Shown: positions 41,395 to 51,619 of the stretch, one piece after another | Layout of the letters: every line of letters starts with the position of its first letter | Numbering within the stretch: position 1 is the first letter of the stretch | Source: an uncultured Candidatus Rokubacteria bacterium | Lineage (GTDB): Bacteria; Methylomirabilota; Methylomirabilia; Rokubacteriales; CSP1-6 | Direction of reading: 5' to 3' | DNA length: 64,000 nucleotides | Assembly: GCA_963754315.1 (NCBI GenBank) | Contig: CAVWFS010000018.1 | Coordinates: forward strand, 736,001-800,000 | The notes under the pieces: model-generated | Told to the model about the DNA's origin: nothing | What the model saw: only the letters and a program-made list of their open reading frames with translations | Database searches by the model: none | Made by a program: the position numbers and the translations under genes

Positions 41395-42840
41395 ATGAGT
41401 GACCTTGTCAGACAGCGTCCGGAGAGTTTCTTCTCCGATCGATTCAACGTCACCAACCCGCTCATGGAGCGCCTTCTCGGATCGGCCCTCCGCGGGCGCG
41501 TCGACGACGCCGATATTTACCTCGAGTATCGTATTAACGAAGAGCTTGTACTCGAGGAAGGTACCGTCAAAAAAGCCTCTCGTCATGTGAGTCAGGGAGC
41601 GGGCGTGAGGGCCCAGGCTGGAACGCGGACCGGTTATGCCCATACCGACGATATCTCTGTGGATCGCCTGGAGGAGGCCGCCCGGCAATCACGCGCGGTG
41701 GCCGATCAGGCATCGACCTCGGCGATCGTCGCGATCCCCGGTGGGCAGCCCCACAACCTCTACCACCTTGATGAACCACCGGTAGTCACAGATCTCGCTC
41801 GCAAGGTCTCGCTTCTCCGGTCCGTCGACACTGCCGCCCGGGCCGCGGATCAGCGGGTCAGGCAGGTCATCGTCAGCCTCGCCAGCGAGGAAGTCGTGAT
41901 GCTCATTGCCACTGCGTCTGGGTGGACAGTTGGCGACGTCCGGCCCCTCACCAGACTCAATGTCTCGGTGATCGCCGAAGACAACGGCAAGCGCGAGATC
42001 GGAGCCTTCGGCGGCGGAGGTCGGGTGGCGTTCGACTTCTTTCTGGAGGAGGATCGCTGGCAACGGTTCGCGCGAGAGGCGGCCAGACAGGCCACGCTCA
42101 AGCTCGCAGCGGTGGACGCGCCGGCAGGCGCCATGACGGTGGTGCTTGGACCGGGCTGGCCCGGAATCCTCCTCCACGAGGCGATCGGCCACGGTTTGGA
42201 GGGCGATTTCAACCGCAAGGGAACCTCCGCTTTCGCGGGACGTCTGGGCCAGAAGGTTGCCTCGGAGCTGGTGACGGTCATCGACGACGGGACCATGCCC
42301 AATCGCCGTGGCTCGCTCAACGTGGATGACGAGGGAACGCCAACCGGCCGCACTGTCCTCATCGAGAAGGGCGTGCTCACTGGCTATCTGCAAGATCGAC
42401 TGAATGCTCGGCTGATGGGCATGGCACCCACTGGTAACGGACGGCGCGAGTCGTTTGCCCATCCACCGCTTCCCCGCATGACCAACACCTTCATGCTCGC
42501 CGGCGAGGAGGATGCCGGCGAGATCATTCGGTCGGTCAGACATGGCCTCTATGCGGTGGCCTTCGGCGGAGGTCAGGTCGACATCACGAGCGGGAAATTC
42601 GTTTTCTCAGCCAGCGAGGCCTATCTGATCGAGGACGGGCGGATCACAGCACCCGTGAAGGGGGCTACCCTCATCGGCCACGGGCCTGACGCGCTCACGC
42701 GTGTGACGCGGGTGGGGAACGATCTCGCGCTCGATGAGGGGGTGGGGACCTGCGGCAAGGACGGCCAGTCCGTGCCGGTCGGCGTCGGCCTGCCCACGAT
42801 CCGGATCGATGGGATGACCGTAGGCGGCACCTCCGTCTGA
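41395..42840 (+). CDS. tldD: Metalloprotease TldD
   Basis: GPGWPGILLHEAIGHGLEGDFNRK, DDEG, PRMTNT, CGKDGQ. Confidence 0.93.
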   Translation: MSDLVRQRPESFFSDRFNVTNPLMERLLGSALRGRVDDADIYLEYRINEELVLEEGTVKKASRHVSQGAGVRAQAGTRTGYAHTDDISVDRLEEAARQSRAVADQASTSAIVAIPGGQPHNLYHLDEPPVVTDLARKVSLLRSVDTAARAADQRVRQVIVSLASEEVVMLIATASGWTVGDVRPLTRLNVSVIAEDNGKREIGAFGGGGRVAFDFFLEEDRWQRFAREAARQATLKLAAVDAPAGAMTVVLGPGWPGILLHEAIGHGLEGDFNRKGTSAFAGRLGQKVASELVTVIDDGTMPNRRGSLNVDDEGTPTGRTVLIEKGVLTGYLQDRLNARLMGMAPTGNGRRESFAHPPLPRMTNTFMLAGEEDAGEIIRSVRHGLYAVAFGGGQVDITSGKFVFSASEAYLIEDGRITAPVKGATLIGHGPDALTRVTRVGNDLALDEGVGTCGKDGQSVPVGVGLPTIRIDGMTVGGTSV

Positions 42841-44180
42841 TGGCACGCGAAGACTTGCTGCTCGGGGTTCTGGACCGCGCCCGCGCGCGGGGCGCCACGG
42901 CCGCCGACGGTTATCTCGTGGAGGAGCGTCACTTCGGCGCGTCGGTCCGCCTGGGCGAGGTCGAAACGGTGACCCACGCGCGGGACCAGCGTCTGTCTTT
43001 GCGCGTGTTCGTGGGTCGGGCTTCGGCAGCGGCATCCACGTCCGATCTGTCGCGCGAATCGCTGGAGCGCGTGGTTGACGAGGCGACGGCCTTGGCCCAC
43101 GTGACCGCCGAGGATCCCTATGCAGGCCTGCCGGATCCCGACCAACTGATCGGCGCCCTGCCCGTTCTCGACCTCGAAGACGATGCGGCGGACGACGCGA
43201 GCCCCGAGGCCAAGATCGGGGTTGCGCGCGATGCGGAAGCGGCGGCCCTGGCCAGCGATCCCCGCATTAGTAATTCCGAGGGCGCGGAGTATGGCGACCG
43301 GCGCGCCCGCTATGCGTATGCGACATCGCACGGGTTCGTCCGCGCCTACTCCACCTCGAGCTTCAGCATCAGCGTAGCGCCGGTGGCCTGCCAGAACGGC
43401 GAGATGCAGCGAGACTACTGGTACTCTACCACCCGCAAGCGGGCACGCCTGGACGATCCGGCTTCGGTGGGGCGGACGGCGGCGGCCCGTGCTCTGCGAC
43501 GCCTGGGTGCGCGCAAGGTGAAGACGGCGGAGGTCCCGGTCATCTTCGACCCCGAGAACGCGGCGGGCTTGGTACGGATTCTGGCCGGTGCGGCCAGCGG
43601 TCCGAGCCTCTATCGGCGCGCGTCCTTCCTGCTCGACCGACTGGGAACCAAGATTGCGGTTCCCGGCGTGAACATCGTCGACGATGGCTTGATTCCCGGA
43701 GCCCTGGGCTCGCGCCCGTTCGATGGCGAAGGGCTGGCCAGCCAGCGCACGGTGCTGGTGCGCGACGGCGTACTGGAGTCGTATCTGCTCGACAGCTACA
43801 GCGCGCGCAAGCTGGGCATGGCGTCGACGCACCACGCCGCGCGTGATGGCAGCGGAGTAACCGTCGGGACCACCAACCTCATGCTGCTGCCCGGCACTGC
43901 CGCTCCGGCTGACCTGATCGCCTCTGTCAAGCACGGCTTCTACGTGACCGAGCTCATCGGCTTCGGCGTCAACAGCGTCACCGGTGACTACTCACGCGGC
44001 GCCGTTGGTCTGTGGATCGACAACGGCGAACTGGCCTACCCGGTCGAGGAGGTCACGGTCGCCGGTAATTTGCTGGACATGTTCACGCGAATCGAGGGCA
44101 TCGGCAACGACTTGACCCTGCGCGACCGGACAGCGTCCCCCACTTTGCTCGTCGGTCGCATGGTGGTCGCCGGGAACTAG
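42840..44180 (+). CDS. pmbA: TldE/PmbA
   Basis: SRPFDGEG, TGDYSRGA, PVEEVTVAGNL; no HExxxH; TGATG-coupled to tldD. Confidence 0.9.
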   Translation: MAREDLLLGVLDRARARGATAADGYLVEERHFGASVRLGEVETVTHARDQRLSLRVFVGRASAAASTSDLSRESLERVVDEATALAHVTAEDPYAGLPDPDQLIGALPVLDLEDDAADDASPEAKIGVARDAEAAALASDPRISNSEGAEYGDRRARYAYATSHGFVRAYSTSSFSISVAPVACQNGEMQRDYWYSTTRKRARLDDPASVGRTAAARALRRLGARKVKTAEVPVIFDPENAAGLVRILAGAASGPSLYRRASFLLDRLGTKIAVPGVNIVDDGLIPGALGSRPFDGEGLASQRTVLVRDGVLESYLLDSYSARKLGMASTHHAARDGSGVTVGTTNLMLLPGTAAPADLIASVKHGFYVTELIGFGVNSVTGDYSRGAVGLWIDNGELAYPVEEVTVAGNLLDMFTRIEGIGNDLTLRDRTASPTLLVGRMVVAGN

Positions 44181-44196
44181 CACGGAGAACGCCCGC

Positions 44197-44982
44197 ATGA
44201 TCATCGATAGCCACTGCCACCTGCACGATGCCGTGTACGCGGATGCCCGCCAGACGCTGCGGGTGGCGCTGACATACGACGTGTGGGGTGTTGTCGGCGT
44301 GGGATGCGATCCTGCCAGCAACGAGAAGACCTTGGCGGCGGCCGCCGTGCTTCCGAAGGCCATCTGGGCGTGCCTCGGTTTCCACCCTGACTGGAAGCAC
44401 CTGACCGACGAGGATCTCGACCGGGTGGAAGGCCAAGTGGGCGAGCATCGCGCACGTATCGTGGGCCTGGGAGAAATCGGCTTGCCGTGGTACTCGCTCA
44501 AGACGGACCCTGATGCATTGGCGAGACGGAACCGGGGGCAGGCCCACCTCGACCGGCTGCTAGGCGTGGCCGCCCGGTGGGACCTACCCGTAGCCTTACA
44601 CGCTCCGCACGCTACGGCAGGTGAGGCGTTGGCGGCTCTCAAACGACACGGAATCGAGCAGGCGGTCTTTCATTGGCACAAGGCACCGGACGATGTCACC
44701 CGGGCTATTGTCGACGCAGGCTACTTCGTGTCGGTGACACCCGAGGTCGTGTACCGCGAACGTGACCGTCAGATGGTGGAAGCGGTCTCGCTCGACTCGC
44801 TCGTCGTGGAAAGTGACGGCCCGTGGGCCTATCGGGGCGAGTTCGAGGGCCTGTCCTCGGGACCGTGGTTAGCGAGCCGAGTGGCCGAGGAGATCGCGAA
44901 GCTCAAGCGCATGCCCGTCGACGACGTGATGTTCCGTCTCTCCGAGAATACCTGTCGACTCTTCGACCTGCCCTGGATCTGA
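44197..44982 (+). CDS. TatD-family hydrolase
   Basis: IDSHCH, GFHP, GEIGL, ESDGP. Confidence 0.88.
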   Translation: MIIDSHCHLHDAVYADARQTLRVALTYDVWGVVGVGCDPASNEKTLAAAAVLPKAIWACLGFHPDWKHLTDEDLDRVEGQVGEHRARIVGLGEIGLPWYSLKTDPDALARRNRGQAHLDRLLGVAARWDLPVALHAPHATAGEALAALKRHGIEQAVFHWHKAPDDVTRAIVDAGYFVSVTPEVVYRERDRQMVEAVSLDSLVVESDGPWAYRGEFEGLSSGPWLASRVAEEIAKLKRMPVDDVMFRLSENTCRLFDLPWI

Positions 44983-45032
44983 AGCTGCGAACCTTCGGGT
45001 TCTGATCGGGAACGAAAGGGTCGAGGCATGGC

Positions 45033-46184
45033 ATGATCGATCGCGAACGACTCGTCTCAGAGTTTCTGGCGCTTGTCCAGATCTCGAGCGCCTCTCGGCG
45101 CGAGGGCGAGGTGGCTCGACGTCTGGTGGCGACCCTGGAAGGCATGGGCGCCAAGGTGGAGACTGACGACGCCGGAAGCAAGGTGGGGGGCGAGACCGGC
45201 AACATCCTGGCCCGTTTCACGGGGACGGCGAGCCACGCGCCCCCCCTGTTGCTTTCGGCCCACATGGATACCGTTCCTCCATGCGAGCACATACGGCCGG
45301 TGGTGCAAGGTGCCATCATCAGGACGGACGGCACCACGGTGCTCGGCGGAGATGACAAGGCGGGGATCGTGGCCGTCCTCGAAGCCGTGCGTACCGCCCG
45401 CGCGCGCCGCATCGCTCACGGATCGATCGAGGTACTCTTCACCATCTGCGAAGAGGTCGGGCTGGCGGGCGCCAAGCACTTTGACCTGGGCCGGTTAACG
45501 GCTCGCACGGGTCTCGTGCTGGATGTGGACGGTGTGCACGATCTGGTTACCGATGCTCCCGCCGCCAATGCCCTCCTGGTCACGGTGGAGGGGCTGGAGG
45601 CTCACGCCGGGGTGTGTCCCGAGCGGGGCCTGAGCGCGATCGCCATCGCCGCCCAGGCCGTGGCCGGCATGCGGCTCGGTCGGATCGATGCCGAGACGAC
45701 GGCCAACCTCGGGGTCATCGAGGGCGGGGTGGCCACCAACATCGTCCCCAACCGGGTGCGGATTCGCGGCGAGACGCGCAGCTTGTCGGTCGAGAAGCTG
45801 GAAGCTCAGACCGCCCACATGCGCGGATGCTTCGAGGCAGCGGCGGCGGCCCACCGAGTGCTCCTAGACGGCCACGAGCATACAGGGCGGTGTGAGGTCC
45901 GCGTGCAGCGCAACTACGAGCGGCTCCATCTCGGTGATGACGCACGCATCGTGCGACTGGTCGGACTCGCTGCCCGGCGACTGGGCCGCCCCTTCCGTAC
46001 TCGGGCCACCGGCGGCGGCTCCGATGCCAACGTTTTCACGAGCCGGGGGCTGGAAGTCGCCAACCTGGCGTGCGGCATGCGTGACATCCATACCGTCAAC
46101 GAATGGGTGGACGTGGAGGATCTCTTCGCCACGGCCGAGCACCTGGTGGAGTTGCTGCGGGTGAATGCCGAGCAACCCGATTGA
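45033..46184 (+). CDS. M20/M25/M40 metallopeptidase (peptidase T-like)
   Basis: AHMDTV, GDDKAG, EEVG, GGGSDAN, HTVNE. Confidence 0.88.
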   Translation: MIDRERLVSEFLALVQISSASRREGEVARRLVATLEGMGAKVETDDAGSKVGGETGNILARFTGTASHAPPLLLSAHMDTVPPCEHIRPVVQGAIIRTDGTTVLGGDDKAGIVAVLEAVRTARARRIAHGSIEVLFTICEEVGLAGAKHFDLGRLTARTGLVLDVDGVHDLVTDAPAANALLVTVEGLEAHAGVCPERGLSAIAIAAQAVAGMRLGRIDAETTANLGVIEGGVATNIVPNRVRIRGETRSLSVEKLEAQTAHMRGCFEAAAAAHRVLLDGHEHTGRCEVRVQRNYERLHLGDDARIVRLVGLAARRLGRPFRTRATGGGSDANVFTSRGLEVANLACGMRDIHTVNEWVDVEDLFATAEHLVELLRVNAEQPD

Positions 46185-46222
46185 TGGCATCGGGCGGCCG
46201 AGGGCATCTTGCGCTCCGCTTC

Positions 46223-47023
46223 TCAGCGAAGGAAGCCGCCGAGCACCAGGAGGGCAATCACCGCCGCCAGGGCAAGCCGGTAGATGACGAAGGGCCGCAG
46301 CGAGCGCGTCCGTAGGTAGTTCACGAGAAACCACACCGCGAACCAGCCGCTTGCGAAGGCGGTCAGGACCGCCACCAGGAGGGGCCCGACTTCGCCCGAC
46401 GGCATCCCATGACGGACGAGGTGCAGTGTCTTGAAACTCCCCGCGGCGGCGGTGATGGGAATACTGAGCAGAAACGCGTAGCGAGCGGCGGTGGCCCGAT
46501 CGAGCCCGGTCAGAAGTCCGGCGGTGATCGTGATTCCCGAGCGTGACGTGCCAGGGATGAGAGCCAGAGCCTGCGCGATGCCGATGATGAGGCTCTGAGT
46601 CCAGGTCACGTGCTCGAGGGGCTCACCGGTGATCGCAAGTGATGCGACTGCTCGCCGGTCCGCCAGCCACATCACGATTCCCCAGGCGGCGGTGGTGACG
46701 GCGATCACCAAGGCCGAGCGCACATGCGTCTCGATCCAAGAACCGAGGGCGACCCCGGCGATCCCGGCGGGAATGGTGGCCACGATGATCAGCACCGCTA
46801 GGCGCCGGGACAGCGCTCCCGTCACCAGTGCCCGGAGCTCCGTGCGGAAGTACGCGAGCAGGGCGGCCAAGGTTCCGAGGTGCGTGACCGCATCGAAGGC
46901 TAGCCCCTGGTCCGGCCAGCCGAAGAGCAGGGGGACGAGGATCAGGTGTCCCGAGGACGACACGGGCAGGAACTCGGTGAGGCCCTGAACGAGCCCGAGG
47001 ATGATGCTCTGGGTGTACCTCAC
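46223..47023 (-). CDS. uppP: Undecaprenyl-diphosphate phosphatase
   Basis: QGLTEFLPVSSSGH, PGTSRSG. Confidence 0.93.
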   Translation of the reverse strand: MRYTQSIILGLVQGLTEFLPVSSSGHLILVPLLFGWPDQGLAFDAVTHLGTLAALLAYFRTELRALVTGALSRRLAVLIIVATIPAGIAGVALGSWIETHVRSALVIAVTTAAWGIVMWLADRRAVASLAITGEPLEHVTWTQSLIIGIAQALALIPGTSRSGITITAGLLTGLDRATAARYAFLLSIPITAAAGSFKTLHLVRHGMPSGEVGPLLVAVLTAFASGWFAVWFLVNYLRTRSLRPFVIYRLALAAVIALLVLGGFLR

Positions 47024-47853
47024 CCGACAATGTCCTCGCCGCCGTCCACACCGATGACGTTGCCCGTCATCCAGTATGTGTCCGGATGGGCGAGGACGAC
47101 CAGGGCCCGTGCGACATCGGCGGTGGTGGTCATGCGGCCATGGGGATTGCGTCGTCGAGCTTCGGCCGCGATCGACTCATATCCTGGAATCTTGTGAGCG
47201 GCGGGGGTGGCCGTCACGCCGGCCCGGATGGCGTTGGCGGTAATGCCGAGGGGCGCCAGCTCGGCGGCGAGCTGGCGCACGTGGGACTCCAGAGAGGCCT
47301 TGGCAGCCGATACCGGGCCATAGTGAGGGAGAACGCGGGTGCCGCCTGCCGAAGTCATCGCGTAGACACGACCACCCGGCCCCATCAAGCCGTGTCCCAC
47401 GACGTCTTGGGTCCAGTACACGAGGCTGTGAGCCATCACGTCGAGCGTCATGTCCATTTGAGCCGGCGTCACCGCCTCTTTCATGGGATCGGCGATGTAG
47501 AGCTTGAGGGTCCCGAAGGCCAATGAGTGCAGTAGCACGCACAGGGTCCCGAGGGCGTTTCGCTCTTCCAGCACACGCCGCATGGCGGCGACCGTCTCTA
47601 CCCGTCTCTCGGGATCGGCCGCGTTGATGTTGAAGAAGACGGCCGTGCGGCCCAGGGCGTGGACCTCGCCGGCGATTCGCTCGGCGTTGGCCAGGGTCGC
47701 CTTGCGGTCGAGATGGACGCCGAAGATGTCAAGCCCGGCCCGGGCCAAAGCAAGACTGGCCGCCTCGCCGAAGCCAGACGACGCGCCGAGGACCAATGCC
47801 CAGCCGTGCAACCGAACAGGCTCGCTCTGCAGAGGGAGGGGCGGTTCGCTCAC
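47020..47853 (-). CDS. Enoyl-ACP reductase-like SDR (FabL/FabI-type)
   Basis: GASSGFG; Y-x6-K (YGPVSAAK); VDGG. Confidence 0.78.
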   Translation of the reverse strand: MSEPPLPLQSEPVRLHGWALVLGASSGFGEAASLALARAGLDIFGVHLDRKATLANAERIAGEVHALGRTAVFFNINAADPERRVETVAAMRRVLEERNALGTLCVLLHSLAFGTLKLYIADPMKEAVTPAQMDMTLDVMAHSLVYWTQDVVGHGLMGPGGRVYAMTSAGGTRVLPHYGPVSAAKASLESHVRQLAAELAPLGITANAIRAGVTATPAAHKIPGYESIAAEARRRNPHGRMTTTADVARALVVLAHPDTYWMTGNVIGVDGGEDIVG

Positions 47854-47922
47854 CACGGCATTCTACCACCGCGGAGTCGACTGCTCGCCAGCCCGCTGCC
47901 TCAAACTGGTAGAATTCCACCG

Positions 47923-48648
47923 ATGCCGCGCGCGGGAATCATCCTCGTCGGTAACGAGATCCTGTCCGGGAAGATCATCGACGCGAATGCTGCCTACCTC
48001 TGCCGCGAGCTCCGAGGTCTTGGCGTGGACGTGCGGCGTATCACGGTCATCGCTGACGACGTGGAGGAGATTGCTCGGGAGGTGGCGGCCTTCAGCCGAG
48101 AGTTCGACCTGGTTTTCACCTCGGGCGGAGTGGGGCCGACCCACGACGACGTGACGATCGAAGGGGTGGCGCGGGCCATGTCCGTGCCCGTCGTACGACA
48201 TCCCTTCCTGGTCGCCACTCTCGAACGCTACTACGGGGGCGTATTGCGGGAAGCCCATCTCAAGATGGCGGAAGTTCCCGAGGGGGCAGAACTGCTACGT
48301 GACGGCGACGTGCGCTTCCCCACCGTCCTCATGCGAAACGTCTACATCTTGCCCGGAGTACCCGAGATCTTCCGGCAGAAATTCGACGTCCTCCGTGAAC
48401 GCTTTCGGGGCCAACCCTTCCACCTCCGCCAGGTCTTCGTGAGCATCGGCGAAGGGTCCCTGGCCGCCCACCTGAACGGGCTGCTGGCCGCCTTTCCCTC
48501 GCTCTTGCTCGGTTCCTATCCGGAGTTCTCCAATCCCGAATACCGCGTGAAGGTCACCCTGGAATCCCGGGACGAAGCGTACCTGCAGCAGGCACTGGAC
48601 GTCTTTCTCGCGCGGCTGCCCGCCGGTGCCGTGGTCAAGGTCACCTAA
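47923..48648 (+). CDS. CinA N-terminal/molybdopterin-binding domain protein
   Basis: GNEILSG, DAN, SGGVGPTHDDVT, LPGVP. Confidence 0.88.
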   Translation: MPRAGIILVGNEILSGKIIDANAAYLCRELRGLGVDVRRITVIADDVEEIAREVAAFSREFDLVFTSGGVGPTHDDVTIEGVARAMSVPVVRHPFLVATLERYYGGVLREAHLKMAEVPEGAELLRDGDVRFPTVLMRNVYILPGVPEIFRQKFDVLRERFRGQPFHLRQVFVSIGEGSLAAHLNGLLAAFPSLLLGSYPEFSNPEYRVKVTLESRDEAYLQQALDVFLARLPAGAVVKVT

Positions 48649-48708
48649 CCCAAGCCCGAAGCCGGCTCCCGCCCGCGCGCTCAGGGTGGGGGTGGTACCA
48701 TCCTCGTC

Positions 48709-49644
48709 ATGCTCGCGATCGAAGCACGGGACGTCGTCAAGACCTTTCACATGGGTTGGAGGGGACAGCGCCGTACCGAAGCCCTGCGCGGCGTTTCTCT
48801 GAGCGTTTCCCGCGGTGTGATTTTTGGCCTCCTCGGCCCCAACGGCGCCGGCAAGACGACCCTGCTGTCCATCATGGCTACCCTCCTCGAACCCGACCAG
48901 GGCACGGTCAAGATCCTCGGTCACGACGCGAGTCGGGAGGCCGCCCTGGTGCGCCGGCGCCTGAACATGGCTAGCGGCAACGCCTCGTTCGTGTGGAGCA
49001 TGCATGTGTCCGAGATCGTGGCATTCTACGGGCGTCTCTACGGTCTCGCGGGCGCCCTCCTGCGGCGTCGCGTTGAAACAATTCTCGAGTTCTGTGAGTT
49101 AACGCCCTATCGGCACATGTCGTATCAGGAGCTGTCCACCGGCCTCAAGCAGCGGTTGGCGCTGGCCAAGGCGCTCGTGAACGAGCCTGAGCTCCTCTTC
49201 CTCGACGAGCCGACTCTGGGGCTGGATCCGGATGTCGCGGCCCGCATCCGCCATCGAGTGGCCGATCTGTGCCGGGAGCGCGGGATGACCATTGTCTTGA
49301 CCACCCACTACATGCGCGAAGCCGAGGAACTGTGCGACGAGATCGCCTTCATCAAGCGCGGTCAGATCTTGGCCCAGGGTACGGCGGACGACCTCAAGCG
49401 GCGCATTCGCATCGGTGACGTCATCGCCCTGCGTCTGGATCCGCCGCCCCCGGTCGCGCTGGCGAGGCTACCGGGAATGCTCCGGTACACGGAGAACGAT
49501 GGGTGGGTGGAGTGCACGGTGGACACCGCGGACAAACGGCTTCCCGAGATGCTTCGCCTGCTACACGAGGAAGGCGCCGTCGTCCGCGCCCTCCAGATGC
49601 GGGAGCCGGAACTGGAGGAGGTGTTCGTTGAGTTGGCGAAATGA
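48709..49644 (+). CDS. ABC-2 transporter ATP-binding protein
   Basis: GPNGAGKT, LSTG, LDEP, TTH. Confidence 0.92.
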   Translation: MLAIEARDVVKTFHMGWRGQRRTEALRGVSLSVSRGVIFGLLGPNGAGKTTLLSIMATLLEPDQGTVKILGHDASREAALVRRRLNMASGNASFVWSMHVSEIVAFYGRLYGLAGALLRRRVETILEFCELTPYRHMSYQELSTGLKQRLALAKALVNEPELLFLDEPTLGLDPDVAARIRHRVADLCRERGMTIVLTTHYMREAEELCDEIAFIKRGQILAQGTADDLKRRIRIGDVIALRLDPPPPVALARLPGMLRYTENDGWVECTVDTADKRLPEMLRLLHEEGAVVRALQMREPELEEVFVELAK

Positions 49645-50422
49645 GCTGGTGGCCGTGTGGGCGTTCGCCCTGCGGAACATGCTGATGGCCTCACGGAACG
49701 TCTTCTTCGCCTTCGAGCTGATTTTCTGGCCTGTGGTGGGCGTGCTTTCCATCGGGCTGCTGTCCCGCTTTCTCACCCTCGGTCCGGCCGACGCGGCCTT
49801 CATTCTGACGGGAACCATTGCGCTCTCCACCGTCCAGGTGTGCCAGCTCGACGTGGCCTACGCCGTCCTCTTCGACGTGTGGAGCAAGTCGATGAAACAC
49901 CAGTTCCTGGCGCCCATCGGCGTCCGCCACCTGACCACGGGCTCCTGGCTGGTCGGGGTGATCCGGGGCCTCATTGTGTTCACGGTTCTGGCTGTGCTGG
50001 CCCGGGTCGCGTTTGGGTTCGACGCCCTCCAAGGGGGGCCGGGGCCATTGGCGGTATTCCTGCTCGGCTGCTTTCTCATGGCGTGGATCATCGGGGTCGC
50101 CGTGTGCGCGCTGGTCATGCTCTTCGGAACCCGGGCGGAGGCGACGGCGTGGGCCAGCGCCAACCTCGTCCTTCTGCTCGCCGGAATCTACTATCCGATT
50201 TCGGTGTTGCCGGGGGCAGTCGGCGTCTTGTCGGCGGCCGTGCCCCTCACGTACTTCCTCGACGCCTACCGATCGCAGTTCGGGTTTCCCTCGATGTCGG
50301 CGGCGCCGGTGAGTATAGGGCTGACTCTGTCCGTCCTGTACCTCGTCCTTAGCCATTGGAGCTTCGTGCTGGCGGTGCGACGGACTCGACGCTCGGGGTT
50401 GCTGCTCAGGATGTCTGAGTAG
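49628..50422 (+). CDS. ABC-2 transporter permease
   Basis: Multiple hydrophobic helices; GIYYP..LP, PLTY. Confidence 0.85.
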   Translation: MSWRNELVAVWAFALRNMLMASRNVFFAFELIFWPVVGVLSIGLLSRFLTLGPADAAFILTGTIALSTVQVCQLDVAYAVLFDVWSKSMKHQFLAPIGVRHLTTGSWLVGVIRGLIVFTVLAVLARVAFGFDALQGGPGPLAVFLLGCFLMAWIIGVAVCALVMLFGTRAEATAWASANLVLLLAGIYYPISVLPGAVGVLSAAVPLTYFLDAYRSQFGFPSMSAAPVSIGLTLSVLYLVLSHWSFVLAVRRTRRSGLLLRMSE

Positions 50423-50484
50423 GTGGCCCGCGGTGCAGAGCGTGGCGCCGATTACCTGGCCCCGGCGCCCGGCCCCGGAATGCC

Positions 50485-50910
50485 GTGCCGAGTTTCGCTG
50501 GTTCCCGGGCGATTTGGAGGCGTCGGCTGAGGGAGCGAAGCTTGCTGCTCGTGGAAGACGAAGGAGAGGTCGCGGCCTTTCTACGCGATTTGTTTGTGCT
50601 GGATGGGTGGGTCGTGGACGTGGTGGTGGATGGCCGACGGGCCCTGGAGGCCCTGCGGGAACGAGACTACCGGGTCATCGTCAGCGACATCGTCATGCCC
50701 GATGTGGATGGGGCGGGACTGTATCGCGAGGTGGCGCGCTGGCGCCCCGAACTGCTACCCCGCTTCATCTTCATCTCTGGCTTCGCCGATACGGACACTG
50801 CAGACTTCCTGCGCCAGACGCGGGCGCCCATGATCTCGAAGCCCTTCCGCTTCGACGAGATCCGTCAGGCCGTCGACGAAGTGCTCGGGGCCGAGCCTCC
50901 CGCTTCTTGA
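50485..50910 (+). CDS. Single-domain response regulator
   Basis: LVEDE, SDIVMP, ISG, SKPF. Confidence 0.85.
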   Translation: MPSFAGSRAIWRRRLRERSLLLVEDEGEVAAFLRDLFVLDGWVVDVVVDGRRALEALRERDYRVIVSDIVMPDVDGAGLYREVARWRPELLPRFIFISGFADTDTADFLRQTRAPMISKPFRFDEIRQAVDEVLGAEPPAS

Positions 50911-50917
50911 GGTCGCC

Positions 50918-51619
50918 GTGACGGAGGATCTCTATCGGGAACTGCTGGACGGATCCATCGAGGGGGTCTACATCCTGGATGACGAGGGCATCATCCTCAC
51001 CAGCAACCACGCCATGGCTGAGATGTTCGGCTACGACCGTCCCGATGAGCTGATCGGTCAGTCGAGTACGATCCTCGTGGCGCCTGCCGAGCGCGAGCGG
51101 CTGCAGCGCTACTACCAAGCGCGCCTGCGAGGGGAACACGCCCCCCGGCGGCACATCATGCAGGCTGTTCGACGCGACGGGTCGCTGCTCTGGATCGAGA
51201 GCCTCGTGTCCATCATCTCGTGGCAGGAGGGACGGGCGGTACTGGTAACCGTCCTCGATGTGACCCAGCGCAGCCGCGCCGAGGAGGCCGAGCGGCGCGC
51301 CGAGGCCCTCCGCACGGTGGCCCAGCTGGCCAGCGCCACCGCCCATGAAATCAACAACCCGCTCGCCGTAATCCTGGGTAACTGTGAGCTGTTGGCGCGC
51401 GAGGTCGATGCGGGGAGTCAGCGCCGTGTGCAGGCCATGCTGGCAGCCGTGGAGCGCATCCGCAAGATCGTGGTGCACATGTCCCACATCACGCGGCTCG
51501 AGCTCGCGTATCACTCACCGAATCTCCCGCTGATGCTCGACCTGCAAAAGTCCAGTGGCGAAGGGGGCAAGGGAGAGCCGCCAGGGGCCGAGTCCCTCGT
51601 CAGCGAATCTCCGCCATGA
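50918..51619 (+). CDS. PAS + HisKA protein lacking the HATPase domain
   Basis: PAS (NHAMAEMFGY...RRDGS...DVT); H-box AHEINNPL; no N/G1/F/G2 boxes. Confidence 0.8.
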   Translation: MTEDLYRELLDGSIEGVYILDDEGIILTSNHAMAEMFGYDRPDELIGQSSTILVAPAERERLQRYYQARLRGEHAPRRHIMQAVRRDGSLLWIESLVSIISWQEGRAVLVTVLDVTQRSRAEEAERRAEALRTVAQLASATAHEINNPLAVILGNCELLAREVDAGSQRRVQAMLAAVERIRKIVVHMSHITRLELAYHSPNLPLMLDLQKSSGEGGKGEPPGAESLVSESPP

